The notes under the pieces are model-generated. The model was not told the origin of the DNA, made no database searches, and saw nothing but the letters and a program-made list of their open reading frames with translations. 64,000 nt of DNA from the NCBI GenBank assembly GCA_963750285.1, contig CAVVQA010000003.1:43014-107013 (forward strand), in the 5' to 3' direction. This document shows, one piece after another, positions 28,265 through 39,295 of this stretch. Source of the DNA: an uncultured Actinomycetota bacterium. GTDB lineage: Bacteria; Actinomycetota; Actinomycetes; Actinomycetales; CAWJMD01. Positions within the stretch are counted from its first letter, which is position 1. The number at the start of each line of letters is the position of its first letter. The translations under genes and the position numbers were made by a program.

Positions 28265-31080
28265 CGCGGACCACCTCCGCGTCCGAGGGTCGGCGCCCGC
28301 GCGCGGCGGCCGCGGCGGCGGCGACCGTCGTCGCCACGACCGTGCCCAGCACGAGCACCGCGACGTCGGTCAGGTCGACCACGAGGCGCAGGTCGGGCAG
28401 CCCGCCGTCGCCGGGGTCGAGCAGCCGGTCGGCGAGCGGGGTGAGGACGAGGACGGTCAGGGCCGCGAGAAGCGCTGCCGCCGAACCGATCACGAGCACC
28501 TCCAAGGTGCGGGCGCGACGGATGCCCCGCGCACCGATCCCGGCCCGGGCGAGCAGGACGTCGGCGGCGCGGTGCTCGGCGGCGGTGCGGTCGGCGTGGA
28601 AGGCGAGCGCTCCCGCTGCCATCAGCGCCAGGATCACGCCCACCGCCACCTGGTACGAGCCGCCGAGGGTGGTTGCCACGACCTCCGGGACCGACCGCGC
28701 GGACTCGGCGGTGGTCACCTTCCGGGGCTCGATCCCGCCGGCCTCCAGCACCCCGTCGAGCTCCGCCTCGCCGCCGGCGACCCACAGCTCGGCGCGGAAC
28801 TGGTCGACGCGGGCCGTCCGGGCGTCGGGTCTCGGGTGCAGGCGGGGGTCGAGGTTCGTGTGGGCGAGGAGGAACGGGTCGGCCGGGACGACGATCATCG
28901 GCCGGTTGCTGCGACGTCCGGGTGCGACCTCCACGACGTCGAGGATCTCGACGTCCATCGTGACGAAGTCGCTGCTGACGCTCGCCGCGCGGCCCGGCTC
29001 GAGCCCCACGTCGCCGACCACCACCACCGGCAGCCGCGAGACGATCCCGCCGGCGCGCAGGGTCTCACCGGCTGCCTTCTCCCCGGCCGCCAGCTCGGGC
29101 AGGCGCTCGCGCAACCCGTCCAGGGCACCGCTGCTGCCCCAGCTCGCCGCCGCCGCGAAGCTGTCGGCGTCGACGAGCAGCACGTCGACGCCACCCGTGC
29201 GTCCGGGGATGTCGGTCTGCGCGCGCCAGACCACGGTCTGCCCGCGCGGGAGCTCCGGCGTGCGGGCGTGCACGGGCATGTCAGCGGGGCCGGCGATCTG
29301 CGCAGCCTCCTCGTTCGAGAGCTGCTCGGGCGCGCCCGGGTCGAGCTCCCAGGCGCCGCGCAGCTCGGCGACGGCAGTCGCACCCGATGCGACGGCCACG
29401 CGGTCCTCGATGGTCGCCCCCACCGAGCCGACCGACACCAGGGCCCAGAACAGCACGGCCAGGCCGGTGGTGACGACGGTGAGGACGACGCCACGCTCGT
29501 CACCGGTGGAACCGGCACGGCGCACGGCGAGGGAGACGGCGGCACGACGGGCAGCGAGCCGGCGGGTCCCGGGCGACAGGGCGGAGCGCCGCGCGGCCCG
29601 GCGCGCCAGCAGCACGAGCAGGGCCGACCCGGGGGCGCCGGCGGCGGCTGCGACGACGAGCGGCACCAGCAGGTCGAGCGGACCGAGGCCGAGCCCGCGC
29701 TCGGGGCGCCCCGCTACCCCGGCCACGCCGGCGGTCGCCAGCACCACCAGGCCCAGCCGCCACGGCACCCGGCGCAGGGGTGCGCCCGCCCGCTGCGGGC
29801 GGGCGGCCAGCGCGGCGGCCGCCGCGGTCGTCAGGACGACGAGCCCGAGGGCCACCAGCAGCGCCGTCCCGGCTGCGACCAGCGCGTCGTCGCGCCCGCT
29901 CGCGGTGATCCGGCCGGCCGGTCCCCAGACGACGACCACGCCGTACGCGACCGCGGTGCCGAGGGGCAGCGCCAGCAGCGCCGGCGGGACCAGCTCCGCG
30001 GCGGCGAGCGCCGCGGTGCGACGCGCCGGGACGCCCAGCGCCGCGAGGGCATGGAGCTCGCCGGCGCGCAGCCGCAGGGTCAGGACGCACGCCACCAGGA
30101 CCGCTGCCAGGCCGACCAGGACCCCGCCCTGGCCGACGGTCCGCGTGCCCTCCTCGGTGGCGGCGGCGAGCTCGTCCGCCTCGCCGACGATGCGCTCGAC
30201 CCCGCTGGTGACGCCGAGCCGCAGCGGACCGTCGTCGACGTCGACCCGGTCGGGGTTGACGGCGTCGCGGCGCAGCTCCTCGATATCGACCACGGTCGCG
30301 CGGGCCTCCGCCAGCGTGGGGTGGGTGGGATCGAGCCGGACCTCGGCGGTCCAGAACAGCTCGTCACCGACTCCGGGCGAGGACGGCGGCCGTCTCCGGG
30401 TCGGTGACGGCGAGGTACGCACCGATGGTGGTGCCGTCGGTGTCTCCGGGAGCCCGCCACGACGCGAGGCAGAGCCGAGACCCCTGGATCGCCGTCGCTG
30501 TGCCGTCAGGCCCGACCGCGTAGGTGCCGGCGACCCGCGTGGGCACCGGCGGCCGCCCGTCCGTCGTCTCGACCGCCAGGTCGACGGGGTCGCCCGGCAC
30601 CACCCCGAGGTCGTCCGCGACCGGACGGGCAGCCAGACCCCGGTGGAGTCGACGTCGGCCTCGACAGCTCGAGGCGGCGGCGGGGTCGTCGACGCCTGCC
30701 GGCGCGCCCGGGCGGACCGGGCGCCGTGGACCACGACCGGGCGGCGGACCGAGCGCGGGATCAGCTCCTGGCCCACCGAGAAGGCCAGCGCGCGGGGGTC
30801 CGTGCCGCTGACCCGGTCGAGCTGGCGCAGCAGCACGCGCTGGCGCGGCTGGCTCGGGGCGGTGCCGCCGTTCAGCCGCACCACGGGGGAGTCCGCGGCG
30901 CGCGCGGTGGGCGGCACGGCGTCGATCGTGTGGCGAGGGCGGCGTTGGCGGCCGCCTCCGTGAACAGCGGCGCCGCGGCCGCGACGGCGAGCAGCACAGC
31001 ACGACCGTGAGGAGCGGACCTGACGCGCCGCCCGCCCACGACCGACGCAGGGCCCGCGCCCACGCGGGCCTGGTGCGCAT
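28257..31080 (-). CDS. Large FtsX-like ABC permease; multiple apparent frameshifts at 30350-31000
   Basis: Two clusters of TM helices with 'R..EL..L.ALG' and 'LLARAGIG.RGIRR...LE' FtsX-like motifs; start is approximate. Confidence 0.65.
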
Positions 31081-31196
31081 CCTGCACGGCCGGGGCGCCC
31101 CCGGTCGAGCACCGTGCGCCGGCGTCCGCGCCGTGGTCGATGGTGGCCGCCGTGGCGGGCGCAGTGGGGGAGACTCCCCGGCGTGGAGGGGCCGCC

Positions 31197-33435
31197 GTGA
31201 CCGAGCAGGTCGATGCCGCCTTCGTGGCCGGCGTGGGGGCGATGGCCGAGGACGGCGTGGCACCGGCGAGCCTGGGCGAGCACCTCACCGCGCAGCGGGC
31301 GGTCGACCTGTTCGAGGCGCAGGTCACCAGCCGCCACCTCGACCTCGCCGCCCGCTGGCTGCGCTCGCAGGGCAAGGGCTTCTACACGATCGGGTCGTCC
31401 GGCCACGAGGGCAACGCGGCCGTCGCGGCGGCGCTGCGTCCGACCGATCCGGCGCTGCTGCACTACCGCTCGGGCGGCTTCTACCTCGCGCGGGCGCAGC
31501 AGGTGCCGGGCGCCGACGCCGTCCGCGACGTGCTGCTCGGCCTGGTCGCCGCCGCCGACGAGCCGATCGCCGGCGGGCGGCACAAGGTGTTCGGGCAGCC
31601 ACGACCTCGCGGTGATCCCGCAGACCTCGACGATCGCCTCGCACCTGCCGCGCGCGCTCGGCGTCGCGTTCGCGATCGACCGCGCCGCCAAGCTCGGCGT
31701 GGCGAGCGCCTGGCCCGCGCGACGCGGTCGTGGTCTGCAGCTTCGGCGACGCCTCGGCGAACCACTCGACCGCGGCGGGCGCGATCAACGCCGCGGTGCA
31801 GGTCGTCGAGCCGGGGCATCCCGGTGCCGCTGCTGCTGGTGTGCGAGGACAACGGGCTCGGGATCAGCGTGCCGACGCCGCCGGGCTGGGTCGCAGCAGG
31901 CCTACGGCCACCGGCCCGGCCTGCGCTACCTCGCCGCCGACGGCACCGACCTGCGTCGCCGTGCGTCGAGGCGGCCACGCGAGCTGGCCGACTGGGTGCG
32001 CGCCGCACCGCCGGCCGGCGTTCCTGCACCTGCGCACGGTGCGGCTGATGGGCCACGCCGGCACCGACCTCGAGAGCGCCTACCGCCGTCCCGCCGAGAT
32101 CGCGGCCGACCTCGCGCGCGACCCGCTGCTGGCCACCGCGCGGCTGCTCGTCGGCAGCGGGACGCTCACCGCCGACGGAGGTGCTGGCGCGCTACGACGC
32201 GACGTCGGCGCGCGGGTGCGCGACGGTCGCGCGAGGAGGTCGCCGACGTGCCGCGGCTGACGTCGCGCCGAGGCGGTGATGGCGCCGCTCGCGCCGCGCC
32301 GCCCGGACGAGGTCGCGCGTGCGGCCGCCGTCGCCGCGTCGCCCGACCGGCGGCGCGCGGTCTTCGGCGGCGACGCTGCCCGAGGACGACGGCCCGCTGA
32401 CGCTCGCGCAGCAGATCAACCGGGCGCTGCTCGACCTGCTCGCGCGGCGACCCGGGCGCGCTGGTGTTCGGCGAGGACGTCGCCGCGCAAGGGCGGCGTC
32501 TACGGCGTGACCCGCGGCCTGCAGCGCACGGTCGGCGCCGGCCCGGGTGTTCGACACGCTGCTCGACGAGCAGACGATCCTCGGGCTCGGCGCTCGGCGC
32601 GGGCGCTGTCCGGGCTGCTGCCGATCCCGGAGATCCAGTACCTGGCCTACCTGCACAACGCCGAGGACCAGCTGCGCGGCGAGGCGGCGACGCTGCCGTT
32701 CTTCTCCGGCGGCCGGTACCGCAACCCGATGGTCGTGCGGGTCGCCGGCTACGGCTACCAGAAGGGCTTCGGCGGTCACTTCCACAACGACAACGCCGTC
32801 GCCGTGCTGCGCGACGTCCCCGGCCTGGTGGTCGCCTCGCCGTCGCGCCCGGACGACGCGGCCGCGATGCTGCGCACCTGCGTCGCGCGGCCGGACGCGT
32901 CGACGGCACGGTCTGCGTGTTCCTCGAGCCGATCGCGCTGTACCACTCGCGCGACCTGCACGAGGACGGCGACGGGCTCTGGACGGCGCCGTACGCCGGC
33001 CCGGACGGGTGGGCGGCGGGGCACGTGCCGATCGGCTCGGCGCGCACGCACGGCGACGGTGCCGACCTCACCGTCGTCACCTTCGCCAACGGCGTGCCGA
33101 TGAGCCTGCGTGTGGCAGAGCGGTTGCGGCAGCAGGGGGATCGGCGTCCGCGTCGTCGACCTGCGCTGGCTCGCGCCGCTGCCGGTCGACGACGTCCTGC
33201 GCGAGGCGCGCGCCACCGGCGCGGTCCTCGTGGTCGACGAGACCCGGCGCACCGGCGGGGTGTCGGAGGGGGTCGTCACCGCGCTGGTCGACGCCGGGTT
33301 CGCCGGCCGGTCGCGCGCGTGACCAGCCAGGACAGCTTCGTGCCGCTCGGTGACGCGGCGCTGACCGTGCTGCTGTCGGAGGACGACATCGAGCGCGCGG
33401 CGATCTCACTGGTGAGGGGATCGGGGCCGACGTAG
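31197..33435 (+). CDS. 2-oxoacid dehydrogenase E1 alpha/beta fusion (TPP-dependent); many apparent frameshifts
   Basis: Fragments over several frames: 'FYTIGSSGHEG', 'SFGDAS.NH', 'EDN', 'VFGEDV', 'FDTLLDEQ', 'EIQY', 'GGHFH', 'VDLRWLAPL'. Confidence 0.82.
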
Positions 33436-33656
33436 GGTCCGGACGTGGTCCTGACCCCGCTCGCCGACGTCGCGGCGGCCTGGCTCGCGCACTTGCTCGT
33501 CGGCCGACCCCCGGGCGACCCGCTGCCGGCTGGCCCCGCCGAGAGCTGGCGTCGCCGACCCTGATGTGGCCGACGGACCGGGCCGGGGCCTGGACCTCGA
33601 GCGTGCCAGGTACGGCGGCCACCGGCCGTTCTGGCGGACGGGCGGCTGAGGTCCCG

Positions 33657-34418
33657 TCAGGGCACCTCGGCGCTCGCGCCGCGCTCCTCCAGCAGGGCGG
33701 CCATGATGCCGAGCTCGCGGTTCTGCCCGGCGAGGACGGCGTCGGCGACGGACCGCAGCTCGGGGTCGTCGCTGCGCTGCACGAACTCCTCGGCCATCAC
33801 GACACCGCCCTGGTGGTGACGTGTCATCAGCTGCAGGAACACCACCTCGGCGTCCCGTCCGGTGAGCGTGGTGAGCCGGGCGAGCTCGTCGTCGGTGGCC
33901 ATGCCCATCGCCTGCTGCAGCGCAGCGCGTTGCTCGGCCGGCGTGCCGGCGCCCTGCCCGGCGTCGGGGTCCACAGAGTGGCCCGCGCCCGCGTGCTGGC
34001 CGCCCTGCTCCATCCAGGCCATCAGCGGGACGTCGGTGGTGGCCGGGACGTCGTGGGCGCGCAACCAGGCCAGGAACATGCCCTGCTGCTCGGCCTGGCT
34101 CTTGATCATGTCCAGCGCCAGGGTGTCGACGTCCGGGTCGTCGGTGGCGTCGCGGACCAGGAACGACATCGTCACCGCCTGCTCGTGGTGCACGAGCATG
34201 TCGCGGGAGAAGCCGACCTCGGGCGAGGTGTCGGCGGGCCGCGCTCCGGGCCACGGCACCCGCACCAGCAGGAGCAGGAGCGTGACCGCCAGCGCGAGGG
34301 TCAGCACCGTCACCAGCACCTTCCAGCGTCGGGCGGGGTCGGCGTGCGACGCGGCGGCCGTGCCGTCCTCGGCGGCGCCGGACGGCCCGGCCGGCAGGTC
34401 GGAGCGGGTGGACGTCAC
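33657..34418 (-). CDS. DUF305 (ferritin-like, HH motif) protein
   Basis: 'FSRDMLVHHEQAV', 'FLQLMTRHHQGGV.MA'. Confidence 0.85.
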   Translation of the reverse strand: MTSTRSDLPAGPSGAAEDGTAAASHADPARRWKVLVTVLTLALAVTLLLLLVRVPWPGARPADTSPEVGFSRDMLVHHEQAVTMSFLVRDATDDPDVDTLALDMIKSQAEQQGMFLAWLRAHDVPATTDVPLMAWMEQGGQHAGAGHSVDPDAGQGAGTPAEQRAALQQAMGMATDDELARLTTLTGRDAEVVFLQLMTRHHQGGVVMAEEFVQRSDDPELRSVADAVLAGQNRELGIMAALLEERGASAEVP

Positions 34419-34481
34419 GGGTCCAGCATCGCACCCGCCCCTCGCGCGGTGACCGGGTCCGAGGTCCTCGTGCCCAGACGT

Positions 34482-34524
34482 TGAACTTCTCGGTTCAGCG
34501 TCCTATGGTGAACCACATGGTTCA
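34482..34524 (+). promoter_or_regulatory. Two ArsR-type operators
   Basis: TGAAC-N6-GTTCA at 34482-34497 and 34509-34524, over the promoter/start of the ArsR gene. Confidence 0.68.
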
Positions 34525-34870
34525 GCAACTCGACCGACCGACCCTCGACCGGGTGTTCGCCGCTCTCGCCGACGGCACCCGCCGCGACGTCCTCGCCCGC
34601 CTCGGCTCGGGCCCGGCCACCCTCGGCGAGCTCGCCGCCCCGGCCGGGATGACGGTCACCGGCATGAGCAAGCACGTACGCGTGCTGGAGGACACCGGCC
34701 TGGTCGTCACCGAGAAGGTGGGCCGGGTCCGGCAGTGCCGGCTCGGCGAGGAGCGTCTGGAGGACGCGATGGCGTGGATCGGCTTCTACCAACGGCTCTG
34801 GGAACGTCGGCTCGACGGTCTCGAGGCGTACTTCACCCTGCGGCGCGGCACGAAGGAGACAGGACGATGA
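34505..34870 (+). CDS. ArsR-family transcriptional regulator
   Basis: 'LDRVFAALADGTRR...SKHVRVLE..GLV...K.GR'. Confidence 0.88.
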   Translation: MVNHMVQQLDRPTLDRVFAALADGTRRDVLARLGSGPATLGELAAPAGMTVTGMSKHVRVLEDTGLVVTEKVGRVRQCRLGEERLEDAMAWIGFYQRLWERRLDGLEAYFTLRRGTKETGR

Positions 34871-35337
34871 CCACCGACGACCTCACGCTGAAGCTGACCC
34901 GCCACCTGCCGGCCACGCCGGAGGAGGTGTTCGAGGCCTACACCGACGCCGAGCAGCAGAAGACCTGGTTCAGCATCCTCGACGAGAGGCCCGGTGTGGT
35001 CGAGATCGAGGTCGACCTGCGCGTCGGCGGGACCCAGACCGCCGTCTGGGGGCCGGGTCCGGACCAGCTGTTCCGTGAGGTGCAGACCTTCCTGGTCGTC
35101 GACCGCCCGCACCGGCTCGTCACCGAGTCCACCGGCAGCACGCCGGACGGCGAGCAGATGACCACGACGATCGACATCACGTTCGAGGCGGACGGCGACG
35201 GGACGCTGGTGACGGTCGTCCAGAGCGGGTTCCCCGTCCCGCAGATGCGCGACTTCTTCTCCACCCACGTGTGGGTCGGCGCGTTCGAGCGGATCGAGGC
35301 CCACCTGCGCCGCCGCGCCGGCACGGTCGCGTCGTGA
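34867..35337 (+). CDS. SRPBCC/AHSA1-domain protein
   Basis: 'PEEVFEAYTD...DLRVGG...VDRPHRLV'; ATGA overlap. Confidence 0.85.
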   Translation: MTTDDLTLKLTRHLPATPEEVFEAYTDAEQQKTWFSILDERPGVVEIEVDLRVGGTQTAVWGPGPDQLFREVQTFLVVDRPHRLVTESTGSTPDGEQMTTTIDITFEADGDGTLVTVVQSGFPVPQMRDFFSTHVWVGAFERIEAHLRRRAGTVAS

Positions 35338-35696
35338 CCACCGCGCCGACGTCGGTGGAGTCGTACCTCGCCGGCTTCCCGGACGGGACCCGCGAGGTGC
35401 TCGAGCAGGTGGTGGCTGCCGTCCGCCGCGCCCTGCCCGGGTGCGAGGAGACGATCCGCTACGGCATGCCGGCGTTCATGTTCGGCGGCGCACGGTACGG
35501 GATCCACGTCGCGGGCTGGAAGAACCACGTGGGCCTGTACCCGGTGGCGCGGCTCGACCCCGGTCTCGAGGCCGAGCTCGAGCCGTACCGGACGCACAAG
35601 GACACCGTGCGGTTCGTCTACCGCGACGGCGTGCCGTACGACCTGGTCGAGCGGGTCGCCGCCGAGCTCGCCCGCCGGCAAGCGTCCGGCGGCTGA
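35334..35696 (+). CDS. DUF1801 (YdhG-like) protein
   Basis: 'VESYLA...EETIRYGMP...KNHVGLYP...PYDLV'. Confidence 0.8.
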   Translation: MTTAPTSVESYLAGFPDGTREVLEQVVAAVRRALPGCEETIRYGMPAFMFGGARYGIHVAGWKNHVGLYPVARLDPGLEAELEPYRTHKDTVRFVYRDGVPYDLVERVAAELARRQASGG

Positions 35697-35711
35697 GGCG
35701 GGCGCGCCGGG

Positions 35712-36755
35712 TCAGGTGCGGCCGCCGGTGAGCCGACCCAGGCCGGCGCCGATCCAGCTCGACGCGCACCCGATCAGCAGCACCGCGACCGCCAGCAGCA
35801 GGCAGGTCGCCGCCACGTTCAGCAGAACCCCCACCGGCGGCAGCAACCCGGCCAGAGCCGTCGCGACGACGGCCACCGCGACGCATCCGGACCAGACGCT
35901 CGCGAACCACGAACCGCGGACCGCCCGCCACAGCACCGCCCCCGTGCCGGTGCTGAGCGTCGCCAGGGCGCGGCGGGTCCACCACACCAGCACCGCGACG
36001 GCCGCCCCCGTGACCAGTGCCCGCAGCCAGTACCACTGCGGGACAGCGCCGTACAGCACGACCAGGGTCAGGGACGTGAACCAGGTGCCGGTGTGGGTGC
36101 GCTGCACCCACCGCAGCACCAGCGCGTGCAGGTTGGTCCGGGACCCCGACGCCGACGGATCGGTCCGCAGGACCGCCACGAAGCTGTCCGCGGCGGGCCC
36201 GAACGCGCCCCGCTCGGTCTGGACGACGCCCAGGCCGTGCCGGGCGCCGGCGTGGGACGGGTCGAGCCGCAGCGCCTCCCGGAAGGCGCGCTCGGCGACG
36301 TCGGACCGGCGACGGGTCAGGGCCACCGATCCCATCGTGGCGTGCGCGTCGGCGTCGTCCGGGGCGAGGCGGCACGCGTGGGCCGCGGCGTCCCAGGCCG
36401 TCCGCCGGTGACGGCGGGACGAGCGGGCCACCTCGGCCACGACGATGTGCGCACCCGCCCACTCCGGCGCGGCGCGGGTCGCCTCGAGCGCGGCGGCCAG
36501 GGCCTGGCGACGACGTCCCAGGCCGTCGAGCGAGAGGGCGCGCACGACGTGGACGTCGGCAGGACTCGCACCGCCCGACACCGCCTCGGCCGCCCGGAGC
36601 GCCTCGTGGAAGTCGCCGAGACGCAGGGTCGCGCGGGCGAGCAGCAGCAGCGCGTCGTCGTCGTGGGGGTCGTCGACCAGCGCGGCCCGTGCCGCCTCGA
36701 GGGCCTGGCGGTACCGGCCCGCCGCGAGCAGCAGCCGACCTCGTTCGACGTCCAC
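35712..36755 (-). CDS. TPR-repeat protein with C-terminal TM helices
   Basis: Repeated A..AL...P.D TPR pattern; four hydrophobic C-terminal segments. Confidence 0.75.
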   Translation of the reverse strand: MDVERGRLLLAAGRYRQALEAARAALVDDPHDDDALLLLARATLRLGDFHEALRAAEAVSGGASPADVHVVRALSLDGLGRRRQALAAALEATRAAPEWAGAHIVVAEVARSSRRHRRTAWDAAAHACRLAPDDADAHATMGSVALTRRRSDVAERAFREALRLDPSHAGARHGLGVVQTERGAFGPAADSFVAVLRTDPSASGSRTNLHALVLRWVQRTHTGTWFTSLTLVVLYGAVPQWYWLRALVTGAAVAVLVWWTRRALATLSTGTGAVLWRAVRGSWFASVWSGCVAVAVVATALAGLLPPVGVLLNVAATCLLLAVAVLLIGCASSWIGAGLGRLTGGRT

Positions 36756-36773
36756 GATCCTGCCGGTTCCCGC

Positions 36774-37253
36774 TCAGCCCTTGAAGGTCCACGCACGGTG
36801 ACCGAGGAGGGTGGCGGTCAGCACCTCGAACCAGACGTCCTCGAACTCCGCGGCGCGCGCCGCGACGCACGTCCCGGTCGCGGTGTAGCCCACGGCGGGG
36901 ACCGGAGGGCCGGAGGTGGGGGCGAACGCCTCCCGCTGCACCCAGTAGACCTGGTGCTGCCGCACACGGACGCCGTCCGGTGGCGACCACTCGAACATCC
37001 GCAGCGGGATCGGCCCCTGCGGGGTCATGATCTCGGTCATCCCGAGCTGGGCGTACCCGGGGAACTCCCGCTGCAGCAGCTCACCCTGCACCGCGGCGTA
37101 GGTGGCCGTGTCCTGGTCGGGCGCCAGCGGTTCGCACGACACGATGACGTTGCTGGCGCCGTCCGGCGACAGCAGGGTCCAGGACTGCTTGGTGTACCAC
37201 CCGGCCGGGGCCATCGGCCGGACGAGGACGGGCGGCGCGTTCAGGTCGCTCAT
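36774..37253 (-). CDS. DcrB/DUF1795 (PsbP/Mog1p-like fold) protein
   Basis: 'NVIVSCEPL...YA..Q..LL...PGY...F.W....VRQ.QVY...YTAT.T...F...F' pattern, recognised by eye. Confidence 0.55.
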   Translation of the reverse strand: MSDLNAPPVLVRPMAPAGWYTKQSWTLLSPDGASNVIVSCEPLAPDQDTATYAAVQGELLQREFPGYAQLGMTEIMTPQGPIPLRMFEWSPPDGVRVRQHQVYWVQREAFAPTSGPPVPAVGYTATGTCVAARAAEFEDVWFEVLTATLLGHRAWTFKG

Positions 37254-39295
37254 GCGAGGTGCACCTCCAGCCACTCCACCGTCGGTGCGACCACCGGCAG
37301 CGTCCGGCCGGCGACGAGGTCGTCGTGGTGGGCTCGCGGCGGGTGCACGAGCACCGCGCACCGCCGCGAGACGGCTTCTGCTGCCAGCAGGTTCATCGTG
37401 ACCTCCGGGTAGTCGTGGCTCCGCACCCGGCCCGTCCGCAGGTCGAGGTGCCCGATGCGCGTGCCCGTCGCGACGCACGAGCTCCACCAGACCAGTCCCT
37501 GGTCGTGGGCGTCGCGGACCCAGCGGACGTCCGAGACACCGGGGCGCCGCTCGACCTCGTGCCACCGCGGTCCCGCGGCGAACGTCAGCACGCCGAGGCG
37601 GATCGGCTGCATCTCGTCGGCGTACTCGTACGCGGGCACGACCTCGGCCGCGAGGACGTCGCCGGCCACGGGTGTCCACCTGGTGTGCGGGTCGATCGGC
37701 AGGGTCAGGTCGGGAAGGGGACGTCCGTCCAGGACGACGCCCGACCGGCCGGTGACGAGCTCACCCGCCGCGGTGTCGAGGACCGCGAGCGGCAGCCGGC
37801 CTCCGCCGTGCCGCACCTCCTCCGGCGGCCCGGTCGTGCCGACCCGCACGAGGTACCCGCCGTCCGGGCCGTCGGGGACCAGCGCGACCACGGACGCGTG
37901 CGCGACGTCGGCCGCTCGCAGCGTCGGGCGCTGGTACGCGGCGCCGTCGCCGGACGCGGCCGGCAGCTCCCACCGGTCCGCGGCCTCGACGAAGGACGGC
38001 GCGTCGCGGGTCCAGCGCTCGCGCGGGAGGCGGAGCAGGGTCCAGGGTCCGCGCGCCGGTCCGCGGGTGCCGACCAGCGCCCACACGGCTGCCGGCGAGA
38101 CCACCCACTGCACGCTCTCGTGCGGCGGCGGCGCACCTGCGTGCAGACCGAAGTCACCGCTGCCGGCGTCGACCACGCTCACGTGCTCCGCGGTCGCCAC
38201 GAGCACGGCACCCCCGCCGACGGCGAACCCGGTGACCGGCGCCCCGACGTCATCGTTCCAGACCTCCCCGGCACGACCGACGCCGGCGAGTCCGACCTCG
38301 CCCTCGTCGTCGACGTACGCGCAGGCGCTCAGACCGGGCAAGGTCGCGGCCGCCGCCCCCGGCACCGGCGTCCACTCCAGCAGCAGGCGGGACGGACGCG
38401 CTGCCGGGGCCGGTCCGACCGGCGGCACCGGCGGCACCGGCGGCACCAGAGGCACCAGTGGCTCTTCCGGCGGTCGAACCGGGGCAGGGGAAGGGGCCCG
38501 GCCGAGGTTCAGCCGCTCGGCCATCCACGGCAGCGTCGCCCGCCACGGCACGGTGCGTCCAGGTGCTCCGGCGTACGCCGCGCGCAGCACCCCGCTCACG
38601 CGCAGGAGAGCGCCGGGCGCGAGGTCGGCCGTCGCGAGGTCCGGGCCGGACAGCGGCACGACGACCTGCGGGTGGCCGCCGCCGGCGTCGAGCACAGCCA
38701 GACCGAACGTGGCGTCGCAGTACGCGCTGCTGTGCACGGTCACCGAGCTGACCCGTCCGGTCACGACCGTGAGCGGCTCCGTCCCGGAGCCGTCGACGGC
38801 AGGGCCCGTCCACCCGCCGGGCACCTGGTCGTCGCCACGACCGGGCGGGTCGACGACGGCGAGGTACCGCGGCCACAACGACAGCCAGACGGGGACGGTG
38901 CGGCCCGGTTCCCAGACGGGCAGCGTGACCGCCAGGTCCGAGACCAGCACCGCGACGGGGGTGACCCGCCCCTGCGTGACGACGTCACCGGTCAGGACCG
39001 ACGTCCACAACCGCTCGGTCACGGTCGCGCCGCACACGGTGAGCGGGCTGACCGGTCCCGCGCGCAGGATCGGGGCCTCGTGCTGCTCCCTGCCTGCTGC
39101 GTCGAACGTCCACCGCAGGCCCGCGCCACTGGGGTCGCTCAGGGCCCACTGGTGCGTCCCCCGGTACCCGTCGAGCCGCATGGCGGCGGGGTCGGCGGGG
39201 TTCGCCTCGGAGGTGAACCCGACGGCCTCGCCGTCCCACGGCGTCACGCGGGCGCCCTGGTCCCCCCGTCCGGCCCGAGGGCTCACCAGGTCCAC
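37250..39295 (-). CDS. Hypothetical two-domain protein with Pro-rich linker
   Basis: 681-aa ORF overlapping both neighbours; beta-rich N- and C-terminal halves separated by 'PVPPVPPVGP'. Confidence 0.6.
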   Translation of the reverse strand: MDLVSPRAGRGDQGARVTPWDGEAVGFTSEANPADPAAMRLDGYRGTHQWALSDPSGAGLRWTFDAAGREQHEAPILRAGPVSPLTVCGATVTERLWTSVLTGDVVTQGRVTPVAVLVSDLAVTLPVWEPGRTVPVWLSLWPRYLAVVDPPGRGDDQVPGGWTGPAVDGSGTEPLTVVTGRVSSVTVHSSAYCDATFGLAVLDAGGGHPQVVVPLSGPDLATADLAPGALLRVSGVLRAAYAGAPGRTVPWRATLPWMAERLNLGRAPSPAPVRPPEEPLVPLVPPVPPVPPVGPAPAARPSRLLLEWTPVPGAAAATLPGLSACAYVDDEGEVGLAGVGRAGEVWNDDVGAPVTGFAVGGGAVLVATAEHVSVVDAGSGDFGLHAGAPPPHESVQWVVSPAAVWALVGTRGPARGPWTLLRLPRERWTRDAPSFVEAADRWELPAASGDGAAYQRPTLRAADVAHASVVALVPDGPDGGYLVRVGTTGPPEEVRHGGGRLPLAVLDTAAGELVTGRSGVVLDGRPLPDLTLPIDPHTRWTPVAGDVLAAEVVPAYEYADEMQPIRLGVLTFAAGPRWHEVERRPGVSDVRWVRDAHDQGLVWWSSCVATGTRIGHLDLRTGRVRSHDYPEVTMNLLAAEAVSRRCAVLVHPPRAHHDDLVAGRTLPVVAPTVEWLEVHLA

